Shown one piece after another: positions 1 to 9,142 of a stretch of 64,000 nucleotides of DNA (its first letter is position 1; each line of letters starts with the position of its first letter). Both the position numbers and the translations under genes were made by a program. The stretch comes from a virus (Duplodnaviria; Caudoviricetes): IMG/VR virus record IMGVR_UViG_3300009701_000005, positions 1-64,000 of that record; one strand, written 5' to 3'. The notes under the pieces were generated by a model. The model worked only from the letters and a program-made list of their open reading frames with translations, made no database searches and was not told where the DNA came from.

Positions 1-43
1 AAATAGATAGGTGTATATATATTTTTTTTTGAAAATTGGAAAA

Positions 44-215
44 CAGGACAAATTTACCTCTTTCCTTAATAGAATCAAGCACTTAAGCTATTTTAGAAAT
101 TGGACAGAACTGGACAGGATGACCTAAGTCTTTGATTTATAAGGATATTTTGATTTTTGCAGTTGGACACGCTTTTGCCAAAGATAGGGGAAAAGGGGGA
201 ATTTTAGGACAGTTA
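44..215 (+). repeat. Five dispersed GGACA motifs in non-coding DNA upstream of the polymerase gene
   Basis: caGGACA, ttGGACA, ctGGACA, ttGGACA, taGGACA within ~170 nt. Confidence 0.5.
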
Positions 216-244
216 GGGTGATTTCTGGGGAAATTTGTTGTTGG

Positions 245-273
245 TTCAATAATTAAGTTGTTTTTGATATAAC
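245..273 (+). promoter_or_regulatory. Phage promoter TTCAAT-N17-TATAAC
   Basis: Matches motif recurring 11-12 times in the window. Confidence 0.65.
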
Positions 274-334
274 TAAATTGCTGAAAGGAAATTATTCTTT
301 AGCGCATAAAAATTATAAAAAAGGAAATATTTTA

Positions 335-1597
335 ATGGCGTCGAAAACAAGCGACCTACCACTGAACGAGTTGTATGAGAAAAAAATTACAAAATCCGTA
401 GAGGTGGCAATTCAGAGTAAAGAAGATTTTTCGCAGATCTCTCCCTCGTACTGTGAGCGAGTTTGTAAGCTTAAATGTAAGAGACCTGAGAAAGTTTCGT
501 TATTAAAAGGTAAAGTTGATATACTTATCATCCAAGATCACGCAATGCCTCGTGGTAGATTTGATAGGACCGAAGATGCATCAGAGCTTATTCAACGTAG
601 AATCATAGACTTTATCTGCGAGAAAGCGGGGTTCGGGGGGTTAACCTATAGAACAGTTAATCTGTTGAAATGCTTTCCCGATACAGTAGACACCCCTAAA
701 GGTAAATCTCCAACCATTGCCATATTGCAGAAATGTAAACCTTATTTGATGGAAGAGATCAGGGCCTCTGAGCCTAAGGTTATTATCAGCCTATCAACGG
801 CTGTAACAAAAACTCTCGGGTATACAAAATTCTCCAACACTAATAATAGAGGAGAAATCGTAGGGGGTAACGTGGTAATTACCTTGCACCCTAGAGTTCT
901 TACTATGATACGTCAGAACGCGTCAGGCAAGATGTGGGGTAGTGATTACTTTGGAGTTATTCTCAGGGATTTCAAAAAGGCTGCCAGGATTGCACGTGGA
1001 GAATTGAAAATTATCCCACTAGAAGAAGCCTTGGAATTGCAAAGAGCAAACATCAAGGTTTGTGCTTCTTTAGAAGAAGTGGCGACAATGGTTGAGCAAA
1101 TCAACTCCCTTCCCGAAAACCAACTGATATCATTCGATACCGAAACTACCGGGCTGGATCCCATGGATAAAGATGCGAGAATTCTATGCGCACAATTCGG
1201 ATGGAGAGACGTTACTATAGATAAAATTGTATCCGTAGTCGTACCTTTATGGCATAGGGATAACACCGCCTATGATCCTGATGTAGCCTGGAAAATGCTA
1301 GTCCCACTGTTGCTAAGCCCACACATACTTAAAGTAACCCAGAACGGGAAATTCGATTATCTATATGTATACCATACTACTGGTGTACGTATGCAGGGCT
1401 GGGAACTAGATGTAATGCTGATGAACCATGCTTTATCTAGTGGAGAGCAAGGGTGTTACGGTTTGAAATCTGCCATTTGGGATTTTGCCCCAGAGTTAGG
1501 CATTGGCGGATACGAGAACTTATTACCTAAGTTAACAAAAACAAAAGATATAGAAGAAGACTCTGAAGAAAAGGAAGAGGAAGAAGATGGCGACTGA
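335..1597 (+). CDS. Family A DNA polymerase N-terminal piece: UDG-like domain plus 3'-5' exonuclease motifs I and II
   Basis: Cys cluster CERVCKLKC, NLLKCFP and LHP motif (family 4 UDG-like); Exo I SFDTETTGLDP, Exo II QNGKFDY; ATG 335 with aagga SD preferred over TTG 278. Confidence 0.85.
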   Translation: MASKTSDLPLNELYEKKITKSVEVAIQSKEDFSQISPSYCERVCKLKCKRPEKVSLLKGKVDILIIQDHAMPRGRFDRTEDASELIQRRIIDFICEKAGFGGLTYRTVNLLKCFPDTVDTPKGKSPTIAILQKCKPYLMEEIRASEPKVIISLSTAVTKTLGYTKFSNTNNRGEIVGGNVVITLHPRVLTMIRQNASGKMWGSDYFGVILRDFKKAARIARGELKIIPLEEALELQRANIKVCASLEEVATMVEQINSLPENQLISFDTETTGLDPMDKDARILCAQFGWRDVTIDKIVSVVVPLWHRDNTAYDPDVAWKMLVPLLLSPHILKVTQNGKFDYLYVYHTTGVRMQGWELDVMLMNHALSSGEQGCYGLKSAIWDFAPELGIGGYENLLPKLTKTKDIEEDSEEKEEEEDGD

Positions 1598-2033
1598 CGT
1601 TAAATTGATTGATGAATCTTTAAAGTTTGTATGGGCCTACATGCTGGAAGTGGGTATTATTACTAATGGTGAATGGGAATACTATGGCGGCGGATATAAA
1701 CGTGTTATCACCGATGGTAAAAGTGATTTAACTTCTGTAATGAGTGGGGAATATTACGCTAAAGACATTCTTAAGAACAAGTTAAAAGCATTTGGTATAG
1801 ACTGGTATCACACTAAATCTCCACAGTCTTCGATGAAATCTGAGTTTACAGATACGTTTCATCCTGCAAGAGAAGTTGAAACTTTGCTAGGTACATTGGT
1901 ATTAAACGATGGAACTAGTTACCAGATTGGGGTAGATCATTCTGAACAACGATTTTCTGATTACGTAAAGTATCTGAGCCAATTGGCTAAGGATAAAGAA
2001 CGGGTAAAAGAAATACTGGGGGAAGTGGTATGA
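1587..2033 (+). CDS. Hypothetical protein between the polymerase halves
   Basis: 148-aa ORF overlapping both neighbours. Confidence 0.75.
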   Translation: MATDVKLIDESLKFVWAYMLEVGIITNGEWEYYGGGYKRVITDGKSDLTSVMSGEYYAKDILKNKLKAFGIDWYHTKSPQSSMKSEFTDTFHPAREVETLLGTLVLNDGTSYQIGVDHSEQRFSDYVKYLSQLAKDKERVKEILGEVV

Positions 2034-2305
2034 CCGACGCAATACTCCCTAAAGGCACGTTAAAGAGAATCCACGTTAATCAGCATAATATACGTGCAAA
2101 TGCTTTTCACCAAAATACAGACTTGCCGGTATTCAGTATTAAAACCTCCAAAGGTAATATTGCTGCAAATTCGGTTACAATCCTAGGCCCCAATGTTCTT
2201 CAGTACTTACTAGACAAACCCCTTAGCTGCGGAGCCAAAGTTTGGATTAAAACCAAGGAGGCGGTAGTATATGAATTATCAGAACAACAAGGATTAGATA
2301 TTTAA
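2030..2305 (+). CDS. Conserved-looking phage hypothetical protein (KRIHVNQH...PLSCGAKVWI)
   Basis: 91-aa ORF, ATGA overlap. Confidence 0.75.
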   Translation: MTDAILPKGTLKRIHVNQHNIRANAFHQNTDLPVFSIKTSKGNIAANSVTILGPNVLQYLLDKPLSCGAKVWIKTKEAVVYELSEQQGLDI

Positions 2306-2306
2306 T

Positions 2307-3905
2307 ATGGCAGCAGCGGTTAAAACTAAAACAACAAAAGCCGAAACTCCGATATACCGTACGTACGAAGATTTCCCATCTGAGGACTTGTATTTTTATG
2401 CAGGCCTCGATTGCATTGCAACTAGCACAGTACTATCAGCAATCTTTCCCCGGCTTTTAGAAGAACCTTATCATAGGAAAACTGGCCTTAAAGGGGAACC
2501 TGTAGTTAGCAGGGCGAAGTCTATTCTTGAGACCAACGAGGAGATTACCAAACCGGCTTTGGAGTATATCCTCGATATGGAAATCAATGGCATCAAGTAT
2601 GACATTGAAAAAAACCAAGAAATTTCTCGGAGAATGGTAGCAGAAATTGCCGCATTAGATGTGGAGATTTTCAAAGTAGTACCTGAAGGACTGAACCTGG
2701 ATTCAGGTACAGAAGTAGCAAAATTCCTTTATGTAACACAAGGCTTAACCCCTCCGTCGTTTACTGCTAATAATGAACCTAGCACCGATGGTGAAGCTTT
2801 ATTAACTCTGGCAGGATTGAACCCTCTCAATCCTCCAGCAGATTACAAAACTCCAGACCCGGAGAAACAATACTTGGCTTACATGGCCAAGCGTAAAGAT
2901 ATTAATTCAACGCATAACACTTTTGTAAAGACGTATGTTGAAGACTTTGTTAAGAGGGATGGCCGCATACACCCCAGTTATAATCTTCATGGCACTAGCG
3001 GGTTTAGGATTAGTGGAGACTCTCCTAATCTTACTCAGTTACCCAGACCTAAGCACGGGTATAATATTCGTGACTGCTATGTAGTAGAAAAAGGGTATTG
3101 TTTTATAGCATTTGACTTCTCAAGTGCTGAAGTGAAGATTCTAGGTGCCCTATGTGGCGATTTTGAAATGCTTAGAGCAATTAAAGAAGGACTTGATTTT
3201 CATAGCTTTTCGGCTAGTAGTATGCTAGGAGTACCTTACGGAGATTACATGAAGGTACTAGAAGATAAACAGGACGAGAAATTTAAAGAGTATAAGCATT
3301 ATCGGCAAGTAGCAAAAGTGTTGACTTTCTCCATATTATATGGATCATCTGCCGGCGGCATAGCCATGCAGTTGAATGTAACAAAAGAAGAAGCTCAGCG
3401 GTTGATGGATATGTACTTCAACGCCTATCCCGGCATGAAGACTTTCATTGACAACGCTCATAACGAAGCAATCTGGAATCAACGCGTTATTACCCCATTT
3501 GGGCAACGCAAACAACAATACGGTACTTTCTCTTGCTTCAAACGTACGGCGGCATATAACGCAGCTTTACGCAATTCTAGCAATGTTTTAGTACAGAGCA
3601 CTACCTCAACTTTAGGTTTAATTGTATTCTCCCGTCTTAATCAAGCCCTAAAGAAACTCGACCCTCGTTGCAAGGCTATTTGCACGGTCTACGATTCTGC
3701 AGAGTTTGAAGTCCCCGTAGAGCTAGCAGCTCAAGCAATTGAGATTTGTTATTACTACCTCAATGACTACCCACAGACTATATTTCCTTGGTTAAAGCTA
3801 AGTATTGGCTGTGAGGGGGAGTGTGGAAAGTCTTGGGGGCAAGTCAAAGGAGTACACCGAGGAGTCTCTCAGGAAGAACTTGAAAAACTGCTAAGTTCCA
3901 TATAA
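2307..3905 (+). CDS. polA: Family A DNA polymerase C-terminal piece: Exo III plus polymerase domain
   Basis: YAGLD (Exo III), HPSYNLHGTSGFRISGDSPNLTQLPR, motif A DFSSAE, motif B RQVAKVLTFSILYG, motif C VYDS. Confidence 0.92.
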   Translation: MAAAVKTKTTKAETPIYRTYEDFPSEDLYFYAGLDCIATSTVLSAIFPRLLEEPYHRKTGLKGEPVVSRAKSILETNEEITKPALEYILDMEINGIKYDIEKNQEISRRMVAEIAALDVEIFKVVPEGLNLDSGTEVAKFLYVTQGLTPPSFTANNEPSTDGEALLTLAGLNPLNPPADYKTPDPEKQYLAYMAKRKDINSTHNTFVKTYVEDFVKRDGRIHPSYNLHGTSGFRISGDSPNLTQLPRPKHGYNIRDCYVVEKGYCFIAFDFSSAEVKILGALCGDFEMLRAIKEGLDFHSFSASSMLGVPYGDYMKVLEDKQDEKFKEYKHYRQVAKVLTFSILYGSSAGGIAMQLNVTKEEAQRLMDMYFNAYPGMKTFIDNAHNEAIWNQRVITPFGQRKQQYGTFSCFKRTAAYNAALRNSSNVLVQSTTSTLGLIVFSRLNQALKKLDPRCKAICTVYDSAEFEVPVELAAQAIEICYYYLNDYPQTIFPWLKLSIGCEGECGKSWGQVKGVHRGVSQEELEKLLSSI

Positions 3906-3959
3906 CACTCAACCCACCGTCCCTATTATAGGGCATTAAACCAAAACAGGAGTATAAGT

Positions 3960-4232
3960 ATGTCTACCTATATCACTAAATTTCAACGTCAATCCGCAAT
4001 CAGCAGAGTTGATTCTATCGCTAATGAACTAATTCACAGTATTAATTCTAAAGGAAAAAACGTTGCGGCAAGTATCGCTTACGTAAGAAAGCATCAAGCT
4101 CAAGTTGCCGATTATTTTACCTATACTCCTGTTCCAAGTTTTCTGGTGGAATTAAGCAAATTTGAATTGAACATGTGCAATGACCTTAACATTGCATACC
4201 AACGAATCATCTCACCAACTGTAGGGCAATAA
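3960..4232 (+). CDS. Hypothetical protein
   Basis: ORF with aggag SD. Confidence 0.75.
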   Translation: MSTYITKFQRQSAISRVDSIANELIHSINSKGKNVAASIAYVRKHQAQVADYFTYTPVPSFLVELSKFELNMCNDLNIAYQRIISPTVGQ

Positions 4233-4236
4233 TAAA

Positions 4237-4698
4237 ATGAACCAAACTCAACGTAAATACGCTATTCAACGCATCAACGAGCTCTTCTTTGCAAAGTCCC
4301 GGGAGATTCGCTCCCTCTTTCAAGCGGATCCTAAGAATCAATTGCCTGCGGTAGCTTGGCGTAATCCCCCTGCAGACATTGAAATTATCAAAGTATTGTG
4401 TGGAAAACCTAGTAAAGCCACTCTTAAGACCGACGCGCAACTTCTAAAAGAATACTCCAATTACCAAACTCCAGGGCGTATAAGATTGCAAGACTTGTGT
4501 GAACTTCAAGATCCTAAAGAAAAGGCTGAATTGGAGAAACAACAAACGGCAGTAAATGCTCGTCGTAAGGTTATGGAGGATAAAATTCTTGACTTACAAA
4601 AAAAGGCCGATGAATCTAAAGACGCTATTATGCTATCCGATGAGGCTGAGGCCTTGAAGGCTATCGCAGCATTTACCAAAATTCTGGAAAGTGCGTAA
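4237..4698 (+). CDS. Hypothetical protein, coiled-coil C-terminus
   Basis: ORF in operon context. Confidence 0.75.
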   Translation: MNQTQRKYAIQRINELFFAKSREIRSLFQADPKNQLPAVAWRNPPADIEIIKVLCGKPSKATLKTDAQLLKEYSNYQTPGRIRLQDLCELQDPKEKAELEKQQTAVNARRKVMEDKILDLQKKADESKDAIMLSDEAEALKAIAAFTKILESA

Positions 4699-5447
4699 TG
4701 TCAAATTTTCTAGTAACCATTACCGGGGCGGATGACGAGGTTGACCCAGTATTCCTCTCTATGATGAGTAAAGAGTACCCATTTGTTGAGTGGGGGGTTC
4801 TATTCAGCGAAACTCAGCCTGACACTAGGCGCTACCCTTCCAAACGTTGGCGAGAAGCTCTGTACGCCGAAACTATGACTGCTCAGCACCCCATTAGTCT
4901 TAGTGCCCATATTTGTGGCCGTATGACTAATACAATTTTGGAGAAGAGATCTACTCTGGTAACAGAAGTAGATTTGTTTTACCGTCGAGTTCAGTTCAAT
5001 AGAACTAACGACGGAAATCAAAAGGAGTTGATGGATTATATTAGCAATACTTCTACTCAATGTATCCTGCCCTGCAATAAGAGCACTAAAAGCGTACTTC
5101 AATCTTTGACCCCAGAAATATATCAGAAAACATCAATTCTATTTGATGCTTCTGGCGGTAATGGCATTGAAGTTGAAACTTGGCCTTCTCACGATGATAA
5201 CTTTTTTCGTTGTGGGTATGCTGGAGGCATTAAGCTTGGCAATATAGAAAAGCACTTAACTACTCTGACTTCTCGCTATGGGACTAAGCCTTTCTGGATT
5301 GATTTGGAGAGTGGGGCCAGGGATCTACAAAATGACTTTTGCCCAACAGAAGTGGAGAATCTCTTAAAAGTAGCAGCACGATTCCATGTAATGACAAAAG
5401 ATCGTGTGGTTCAAGTGCCCGTTAAAAGTTCAATAATTTTAACATAA
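4698..5447 (+). CDS. TIM-barrel protein, phosphoribosylanthranilate-isomerase (TrpF)-like phage family
   Basis: VTITGAD, EWGVL, RYP, LSAHICG, LFDASGGNG, GYAGGI, WIDLESG motifs. Confidence 0.6.
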   Translation: MSNFLVTITGADDEVDPVFLSMMSKEYPFVEWGVLFSETQPDTRRYPSKRWREALYAETMTAQHPISLSAHICGRMTNTILEKRSTLVTEVDLFYRRVQFNRTNDGNQKELMDYISNTSTQCILPCNKSTKSVLQSLTPEIYQKTSILFDASGGNGIEVETWPSHDDNFFRCGYAGGIKLGNIEKHLTTLTSRYGTKPFWIDLESGARDLQNDFCPTEVENLLKVAARFHVMTKDRVVQVPVKSSIILT

Positions 5448-5457
5448 TTGGTATAAT
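5429..5457 (+). promoter_or_regulatory. Phage promoter TTCAAT-N17-TATAAT
   Basis: Recurring motif with TGG before -10. Confidence 0.75.
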
Positions 5458-5470
5458 AAACCTGTAGTAA

Positions 5471-5606
5471 TAAACCTTATCGTATTTATGTAATGCGGTA
5501 CGATTACTGAGAAGTGATACATTTCTCTTTAGTTTTCTCGGCTCTTACACAGCCCACAGGGCTGCTCCGATGCCGAGCAGGCCAATGGCCACGAGGATAA
5601 GGTTTA
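5471..5606 (+). ncRNA. Putative multi-hairpin ncRNA or 5' leader
   Basis: 11-bp closing stem 5471-5481/5596-5606 enclosing five hairpins, just downstream of a promoter. Confidence 0.55.
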
Positions 5607-5635
5607 ATTAACTAAAGAAATAATTGGAGGAAGAA

Positions 5636-5995
5636 ATGAAAGAAGGATTGATATTATCTTCGCTTGCAGAAGTAATTGAAGATGAGGTAAAAGATTCAGA
5701 AGGTAAGATTGTACGGCAAGATCTTTCCTTTTTAAATGATTTTTCAGGGTCAGATTCCGTAGAAGATAATTACGGTAGATCCAAATGGGTGAAGACTCGT
5801 AAATGCTACTGCCCCAGTAACGCTGAAACGGATTGCCGTTTTCATAGCCCAGAAAAAGCTGGTTGGGAAAAATGCCCCCATAGCCCCGATCCAAAAATGA
5901 AATTTCCTCCAAAGGGATTTTGGTTATGGGCTCGAAATCCTATGTATGGAAAACCTCTTACAGAAGATGAGAAGGCAGAATTGGAAGCGGCGTAA
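5636..5995 (+). CDS. Hypothetical protein with Cys/His motifs
   Basis: GGAGG SD before ATG 5636. Confidence 0.7.
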   Translation: MKEGLILSSLAEVIEDEVKDSEGKIVRQDLSFLNDFSGSDSVEDNYGRSKWVKTRKCYCPSNAETDCRFHSPEKAGWEKCPHSPDPKMKFPPKGFWLWARNPMYGKPLTEDEKAELEAA

Positions 5996-6109
5996 ATGCC
6001 TATATTCTGGTGGGTAATTTTAATTGTAGTAGTTATAATTATAGGATTTTGGCTTGAAATATTGCCGGACCTTTTCTTGGTAATTATTACTTCTATCCTG
6101 GATGACTGA
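5996..6109 (+). CDS. Small membrane protein (37 aa)
   Basis: ATG directly after upstream TAA; one hydrophobic helix. Confidence 0.55.
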   Translation: MPIFWWVILIVVVIIIGFWLEILPDLFLVIITSILDD

Positions 6110-6258
6110 GTAATACGTAAGAACACTAGAGTTACCACATTGGCTCGGTGCCCCGGTAAATGTGGCGTTGGACTAAGGAGCCCGGATGATGAGCAGAGAC
6201 TCCTTTAGGGAAGAAAATTTGGTTGAATTCGAATTTTCTTTTTTAGCATCAAGAGATT

Positions 6259-6286
6259 TTGACTTTTAGATTATGCGTGATATACT
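6259..6286 (+). promoter_or_regulatory. Sigma70-like promoter TTGACT-N16-TATACT
   Basis: Near-consensus boxes upstream of endonuclease gene. Confidence 0.5.
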
Positions 6287-6317
6287 TTACCTCTCATAGA
6301 GAAGGTTTAGATCGCAG

Positions 6318-7070
6318 ATGTCTACATCAGAAAACAATACTAATAACAGCAAAGATATTGTAGTTACAACTACAAAGGGGTATGTAGGAGAAGTCTGGGG
6401 TAATTTGAAGATAGTTAGAAGAATTAGCTTAAAAGCCCCTAAGAAGCAAGTCATACTGTACGTCAAGTGTAATTGTGGAAATCCTAACGAGTTTAAAACT
6501 AGACTATCAATACTTAATGGGGAAGTAGGATACTTGGGAAGTTGCGGGTGTAAAGATAATGATCCTGAGTATATTGAACGTAATAAACAAGGATGGTTTG
6601 TCAAAGCTTTTAACGATGCTAAGAATAGAGATAGCAGGAAAGATCGAGGGGAGATAGGTATTGAGATAAGTGACATAGCGGAATTGTATGAATCCACCGA
6701 TGGACATTGTTCTAAGACTGGCAAGAAGTTTAGATTCTATAGCGTCAAAGAAAAAGCTGATGACCAACCCTCCTTAGATAGAATTGACTCTTCCAAAGGG
6801 TATACCAAAGGTAACATACAAATAACGTGTTGGGAATACAACAGGAAAAAGGGAGATTCTACGGATGCGCAACATGAGCAACATTGCCTAGATGTTTTGT
6901 CAACCAAAGGATACCAGATTGTTCATCCGAGATTCAAAAGTCTTTCACTCCCACCACTGAAGCCTTTACAAGCTCAATTAAAATTGAACTTCCTCACTAG
7001 AATTAAACTTACCTGGGCGGAATTAATCGATACTTTCAGGTTTCATCAAACACGATACGGATACGCGTAA
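6318..7070 (+). CDS. HNH/His-Me finger homing endonuclease-like protein
   Basis: N-terminal CNCGN...SCGC module; PSLDRIDSSKGYTKGNIQITCWEYNRKKG nuclease motif. Confidence 0.75.
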   Translation: MSTSENNTNNSKDIVVTTTKGYVGEVWGNLKIVRRISLKAPKKQVILYVKCNCGNPNEFKTRLSILNGEVGYLGSCGCKDNDPEYIERNKQGWFVKAFNDAKNRDSRKDRGEIGIEISDIAELYESTDGHCSKTGKKFRFYSVKEKADDQPSLDRIDSSKGYTKGNIQITCWEYNRKKGDSTDAQHEQHCLDVLSTKGYQIVHPRFKSLSLPPLKPLQAQLKLNFLTRIKLTWAELIDTFRFHQTRYGYA

Positions 7071-7306
7071 TGACTATTTCACAAACAAGAACAACAGACT
7101 ATGTTCAGACAGATTTGTCTGGGCAAAAGTTCGGAGATTTAACAGCAGTAAATCTTTCCAGAGTAACTTCAGAAATGCCTTATAAATCCTTTTGGAACTG
7201 TAAGTGTATTTGCGGAAAGACAAAAGAAGTAACTACTTTTCACCTTAAATCTGGTATCACTAAAAATTGCGGATGCAAACCTCATGAACACAAATCAACT
7301 GCTTAA
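7070..7306 (+). CDS. Stand-alone endonuclease-associated Cys module
   Basis: DLSGQKFGDLTA...WNCKCICG...LKSGITKNCGC; no nuclease domain. Confidence 0.65.
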   Translation: MTISQTRTTDYVQTDLSGQKFGDLTAVNLSRVTSEMPYKSFWNCKCICGKTKEVTTFHLKSGITKNCGCKPHEHKSTA

Positions 7307-7628
7307 TTGGCTAAAAAATAATCTTATCGGTAAAGACATTACTAAGATGTCTCCTGAACAGGCAAAAATGAAACTGGTAGCAATTCAGACTTTACTAGAA
7401 GTAACTTTACAAGAACACAGAGAAGAAGAGAATATAAAAGAAGAAAGGCCTATTAGCCCCCCGCCTATCCCCCTTAAAGGCGTAGGCGCACCTATTAAAG
7501 TTAGAGATGATATTAAAGAGGGGTGGAGACAATTGGAAGAAGAAATGAAAAAAAGACGGATTAAAAATCCCCCATATACATTACTTTCAAGTATTCCTTT
7601 AGATATGCAATTTATGGAGTCTGAATGA
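7284..7628 (+). CDS. Hypothetical protein
   Basis: ORF overlapping neighbours. Confidence 0.65.
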   Translation: MNTNQLLNWLKNNLIGKDITKMSPEQAKMKLVAIQTLLEVTLQEHREEENIKEERPISPPPIPLKGVGAPIKVRDDIKEGWRQLEEEMKKRRIKNPPYTLLSSIPLDMQFMESE

Positions 7629-8155
7629 AGAAATACTATTTAGGCATCGATCCTGGTAAAGTAAATCTTGGGCTTGCAATCATTTCATACGATGCCGAAA
7701 CCAAGAAAACCGCGTATGTATTTTCAACTGTACTAGTTCCTAATTCCTATAAGAATCCAGTACTATTCACAAAAGAAATAACTAATCTAATAGGGGCTCA
7801 CACAGACGGGCACTTATCGGGAGTAGGTATTGAACGTTTTGTGTCTTTTGATGATAAGTTTACTAAAGACGCGGAGTTCATTGTACAATTGATAGGATCT
7901 CTTGTATTCTATTTCTTGAACTATTGGAGTCTTGGGCCTGTAATGGTTCGTAGTGTGGAATGGAAACAGGCGCTAGTAAAACACTTATTCAAGACAAAAG
8001 GGTTTGACAATCCTAGCACTAGTCTTGATAAGAAATTTTCAATTGCGGCTGCAAAAGCATGTTTAGATGAAGGCGCCCCTGAGTTCAAGGAAGACCACAC
8101 TGCTGATGCTATTTGTCTTGCATACACTTCATTAATGAAAGACATTTCGGCATGA
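7625..8155 (+). CDS. ruvC: RuvC-like Holliday junction resolvase
   Basis: LGIDPG, IERF, DHTADAICLA acidic catalytic motifs. Confidence 0.8.
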   Translation: MKKYYLGIDPGKVNLGLAIISYDAETKKTAYVFSTVLVPNSYKNPVLFTKEITNLIGAHTDGHLSGVGIERFVSFDDKFTKDAEFIVQLIGSLVFYFLNYWSLGPVMVRSVEWKQALVKHLFKTKGFDNPSTSLDKKFSIAAAKACLDEGAPEFKEDHTADAICLAYTSLMKDISA

Positions 8156-8577
8156 ATAATTTCGAAAAAGAGCTTGAAAGTTTAAAAGAGGAAGCGAGAG
8201 ATAGTATCAATGAGTCTATTGAGGTTTTGAAAAATAAGTATGAACGGTACAAAGATTACGAAATAAATGTTGATATCGATATCTATTGGAACGAATGGGA
8301 TGAATGGGCTAAATCCTCAAAGGAGGTAAAAGTAGAAACTCCCTCAGAACCAGAACCTATCGATGTAAACGCTTCAGTAGAAAAAGCATTGAGTCAACTA
8401 GGGCCCCAAGACGTTTTCATTCTTCCAGAGCAGTTTTATGAAGAATGTTCTAATGAACTGAAATTGAAATTAGGGGCATTACAAATGGAAAAGAGAATCA
8501 TCTACTTTAAGAAGGGTGTTCTATATAATGCATCTCTTCTTTCTACTGGACATGCGGGAGCGTTCAGTGGCTTCTAA
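8152..8577 (+). CDS. Hypothetical acidic protein
   Basis: ATGA overlap with ruvC. Confidence 0.7.
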   Translation: MNNFEKELESLKEEARDSINESIEVLKNKYERYKDYEINVDIDIYWNEWDEWAKSSKEVKVETPSEPEPIDVNASVEKALSQLGPQDVFILPEQFYEECSNELKLKLGALQMEKRIIYFKKGVLYNASLLSTGHAGAFSGF

Positions 8578-8827
8578 AAAAGGAAATGACTTAATTTTAG
8601 TAAAGCTTTCCGATTGGCAAGGGTTGTATATAAACAACACTTTATGGGGAGAGCAGCACCGTTTGATCTTGGAAGATGTTTTAAGCGAATTAGCTAAACT
8701 GGGAACAAGCATTACATCTTTTAGACTTTTCAACGTCGAAGATGAAAAGAATTTTGAAGAAAAGTTGGGATATTTTTTCCCGAAAAGCTTTACAGATCTT
8801 CAAAATACGGTTAAACTAATTACATGA
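8567..8827 (+). CDS. Hypothetical protein
   Basis: GTG start with gggag SD. Confidence 0.6.
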   Translation: MASKKGNDLILVKLSDWQGLYINNTLWGEQHRLILEDVLSELAKLGTSITSFRLFNVEDEKNFEEKLGYFFPKSFTDLQNTVKLIT

Positions 8828-8964
8828 GCACTTTAATTCTGAAATCCTGCAATTCTTTTAATAATAACTTTGGTCAGCAGGCCAAAGCGTATTCCTATTG
8901 GAATTCAAAATTGGTCAGGGTTTCATGAGAGCATATTAATAATTCGTAGTTATCTCCTTGAATG

Positions 8965-8990
8965 AAAGCCCTGGTAAATCCGGGGTTTTT
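8965..8990 (+). terminator. Intrinsic terminator
   Basis: aaagccctgg-taaat-ccggggtttt then T tract. Confidence 0.65.
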
Positions 8991-9142
8991 GTTTTTAAGG
9001 GCTTTAATATTAAAGCACTCAAATAAAATTAATCAAACTTAATTTAGATTCAAAAAAATCGTATGCTACAAATAGGTTTTGGCAAACATGAAGGTAAACT
9101 ATTTGCCAGAGTTGATTTGTGGTTTTTTGGTATTAGGATTTC

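Noticed and set aside
1597-2307. Split intein or group I intron in the polymerase
   Set aside because: No Cys/Ser start or His-Asn end on either piece, no recognisable intron core, and the gap is filled by two normal coupled ORFs.
4698-5447. Functional tryptophan-biosynthesis auxiliary gene
   Set aside because: Only fold-level resemblance to TrpF and no other trp genes; function left open.
6135-6208. Hammerhead or twister ribozyme
   Set aside because: ATGATGAG lacks the matching GAAA, and the twister UAA/P2 arrangement is missing.
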